From positions 32,001 through 96,000 of the forward strand of contig JBITAJ010000022.1 in the NCBI GenBank assembly GCA_044440125.1: a stretch of 64,000 bases of DNA, written 5' to 3'. Shown piece by piece: positions 62,115-64,000 of the stretch; within the stretch, counting starts at the first letter, position 1; each line of letters starts with the position of its first letter. The notes under the pieces were generated by a model. It saw only the letters and a list, made by a program, of their open reading frames with translations, ran no database searches and was not told where the DNA came from. A program made the translations under genes and the position numbers. Source of the stretch: Sedimentisphaeraceae bacterium JB056 (lineage in GTDB: Bacteria; Planctomycetota; Phycisphaerae; Sedimentisphaerales; Sedimentisphaeraceae).

Positions 62115-62254
62115 AAAAAATATCAACACAATTTCAACACAATACGATAAGTATATAAATTCCCTGAAATTAGATAAATTCTATTAATTAATAAATGCTG
62201 AATCGCAGAAGGTTTTATCTCACAAAAACCCTGAAATGACTGCAATGAAAAGGA

Positions 62255-63460
62255 TTAGCCGATTATAAGATGCTGCCGGCTAACAGTGTTTTCCTGACCC
62301 TCTATTTGAGCAATCAGTATTTTTTCCACCCTTGATTTGATGTTATCCATCTGATAGTTATCAATATACTTCTCTCTTGCGGCAGCAGCAACATGGGAAT
62401 AAAGCTCTTTATTGGTATGTAACAGCAGTATTTTCTCTGCCAACTGATCATAATCTCCGGGATCAAACAACAAACCATCAACACCATCAGTAACAATTTC
62501 CGCCGGGCCATATTTATTAGTAGCGATTACCGGCAAACCCGCAGCCATCGCCTCAACGGTCACCATTCCAAATGGCTCCCGCATCATTGTAGGCATTATC
62601 ATAATGTCGTAATCAGCGTATATTTCGATGACATTATCAACCCTGCCGCGAAAATTCACGCAGTCGCTAAGCCCAAGCTGTTGGGCAAGATCGCGGCAAT
62701 GCGAAAGCCACTTATCGTCACCAGAGCCGTAAATATCAAAAACAAAATCATCGATCTTATTTTCGGCGACCAACTGCCCAAAAGCCCTAATAGCAGTATC
62801 AATGCCTTTCTGAGGATCGATACGACCGGTAAAGATGTATTTCATAACCCCTTCATTGCGAGCCGACTTTATCCGTTGCGGAGCCCTGATACCGTTTGGT
62901 ACAGAATAAACCTTCCGCGAACCATATCGCTCAGACATCTCACGGCCAATCCAGTCAGACACGGATATTATCGGAGATAGCTCCAGCTTGCCGCCGATTG
63001 TAAAGGGAAGTGCCGCCTTGATACCAAATTTGATACGATCAAAAATATCATAAGCGGCATAGGTGTCAGGCCACAAATCGCCAATTTCAAATATTCGCAG
63101 GCATTTGCTGTCTTGAGCCGCAATAACAGGTGCGATAGATACGCCTTGCATATTCCATATATAAATAAGGTCCGGCTTTACAGTATTTATCGCTTCTGAC
63201 ACAACCCGATAGTTATGCTTCTCAACCTTGTGTTTTGAAATGAAAGACGAATTCTCATAATCAATGTAAGTGAGTTTTCGAACTGGTTCCATGGAGGAAA
63301 AACCGGTATCTTCAGCCACTTTTTCTATGCCGTAAATACCTGTGAGGATAAAGACATCGTGTCCGCGAGATGCAAGAAACTCACAGGTATCACGGCAGGC
63401 AAGTTCATAACCACCCTTGTAATAAGGAGGATAATAATTACTGATTACAAGAAACCGCAT
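62255..63460 (-). CDS. Glycosyltransferase family 4
   Basis: MRFLVISNYYPP..GG, FTGRIDPQKG, EPFGMVTVEAMAAGLPVI; start overlaps the upstream stop (TAATG). Confidence 0.9.
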   Translation of the reverse strand: MRFLVISNYYPPYYKGGYELACRDTCEFLASRGHDVFILTGIYGIEKVAEDTGFSSMEPVRKLTYIDYENSSFISKHKVEKHNYRVVSEAINTVKPDLIYIWNMQGVSIAPVIAAQDSKCLRIFEIGDLWPDTYAAYDIFDRIKFGIKAALPFTIGGKLELSPIISVSDWIGREMSERYGSRKVYSVPNGIRAPQRIKSARNEGVMKYIFTGRIDPQKGIDTAIRAFGQLVAENKIDDFVFDIYGSGDDKWLSHCRDLAQQLGLSDCVNFRGRVDNVIEIYADYDIMIMPTMMREPFGMVTVEAMAAGLPVIATNKYGPAEIVTDGVDGLLFDPGDYDQLAEKILLLHTNKELYSHVAAAAREKYIDNYQMDNIKSRVEKILIAQIEGQENTVSRQHLIIG

Positions 63461-64000
63461 TACAGGCAGGCCCATTCCTCTTCATAACCACAGCTTAGCC
63501 ATTCAGAAAGCAACTGCTCAAGATCTGCCAAATCAACCTTGCAGTCACCATTTGAATCGTGTACTGGTCGATTAATACATTCAGCTACTTGTGCCTCAAG
63601 TTGGGCTACATATTCACCATAATCACCACTGTAACCTGTAATTTCGACATAGTAGACCTCGCCGGCGACTGCTTTTAGCGTAAGCTCTGACTGGAAACCG
63701 CAATAGTCATCGTTCGAACTGACGACCCTTCCTTCTTCATCATAAACAGTCACAATTGTATCAAAATCACTGCCGCATAAACTTAGATTAAAGATAGTTG
63801 GGTCATCACCAGACAATTTATACCAATGACTGCTTTCCTGCCCTGGTATTGCTTCCAGATAACCGGTAACGATATCACCAGGCGTTAGATAAGCAGATGT
63901 CTCGGGAGACTCAGCATTAAAGTCAGATATTCGCTTACCAAATATATCATATTGGCCAGCAACATCCTGCACCCAATAACAATAGACACCGTCAATCATT
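63460..64000 (-). CDS. C-terminal part of a modular protein with PPC-like domain and dockerin-like tail (5' end outside window)
   Basis: SLCGSDFDT..NDDYCG..GEVYYVEITGY; tail HDSNGDCKVDLADLEQLLSEWL. Confidence 0.75.
   Translation of the reverse strand, partial: MIDGVYCYWVQDVAGQYDIFGKRISDFNAESPETSAYLTPGDIVTGYLEAIPGQESSHWYKLSGDDPTIFNLSLCGSDFDTIVTVYDEEGRVVSSNDDYCGFQSELTLKAVAGEVYYVEITGYSGDYGEYVAQLEAQVAECINRPVHDSNGDCKVDLADLEQLLSEWLSCGYEEEWACL

Overview
AT-rich bacterial chromosomal window. It most likely comes from an anaerobic planctomycete (Phycisphaerae/Sedimentisphaerales-like), inferred from the H-X9-DG-type prepilin, C-terminal dockerin-like tails, short UvrC and sulfatases. 1-2.3 kb: rex and a truncated HydB/NuoF-type diaphorase subunit, with a candidate Rex operator. 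2.8-3.0 kb: an unannotated structured RNA candidate with its own sigma70 promoter and an anti-Shine-Dalgarno-like CU loop. 3.2-41.6 kb: mostly housekeeping and transport genes (TRAP dctPQM, rhomboid, MenA-like, queG, ahcY, hldD, orphan DNA methyltransferase, RND pump, uvrC, hemW, murA, metG, PSP1/RicT, holB, tRNA-Phe). This stretch also holds a secreted sialidase-like gene pair and a bacterial GTDC1/QTMAN-like glycosyltransferase. 41.6-62.1 kb: a 14-gene minus-strand cluster resembling a planctomycete polysaccharide utilization locus. It has a GntR regulator, a prepilin, two jelly-roll lyase-like proteins, a heparinase II/III-like protein, four related uncharacterized toroid-lyase-like proteins, two sulfatases and lectin/CBM proteins; four of these proteins share a Cys-flanked single dockerin-like C-terminal tail. 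No transposase, integrase or CRISPR array was seen. All family calls come from motif recognition by eye; no database searches were run.
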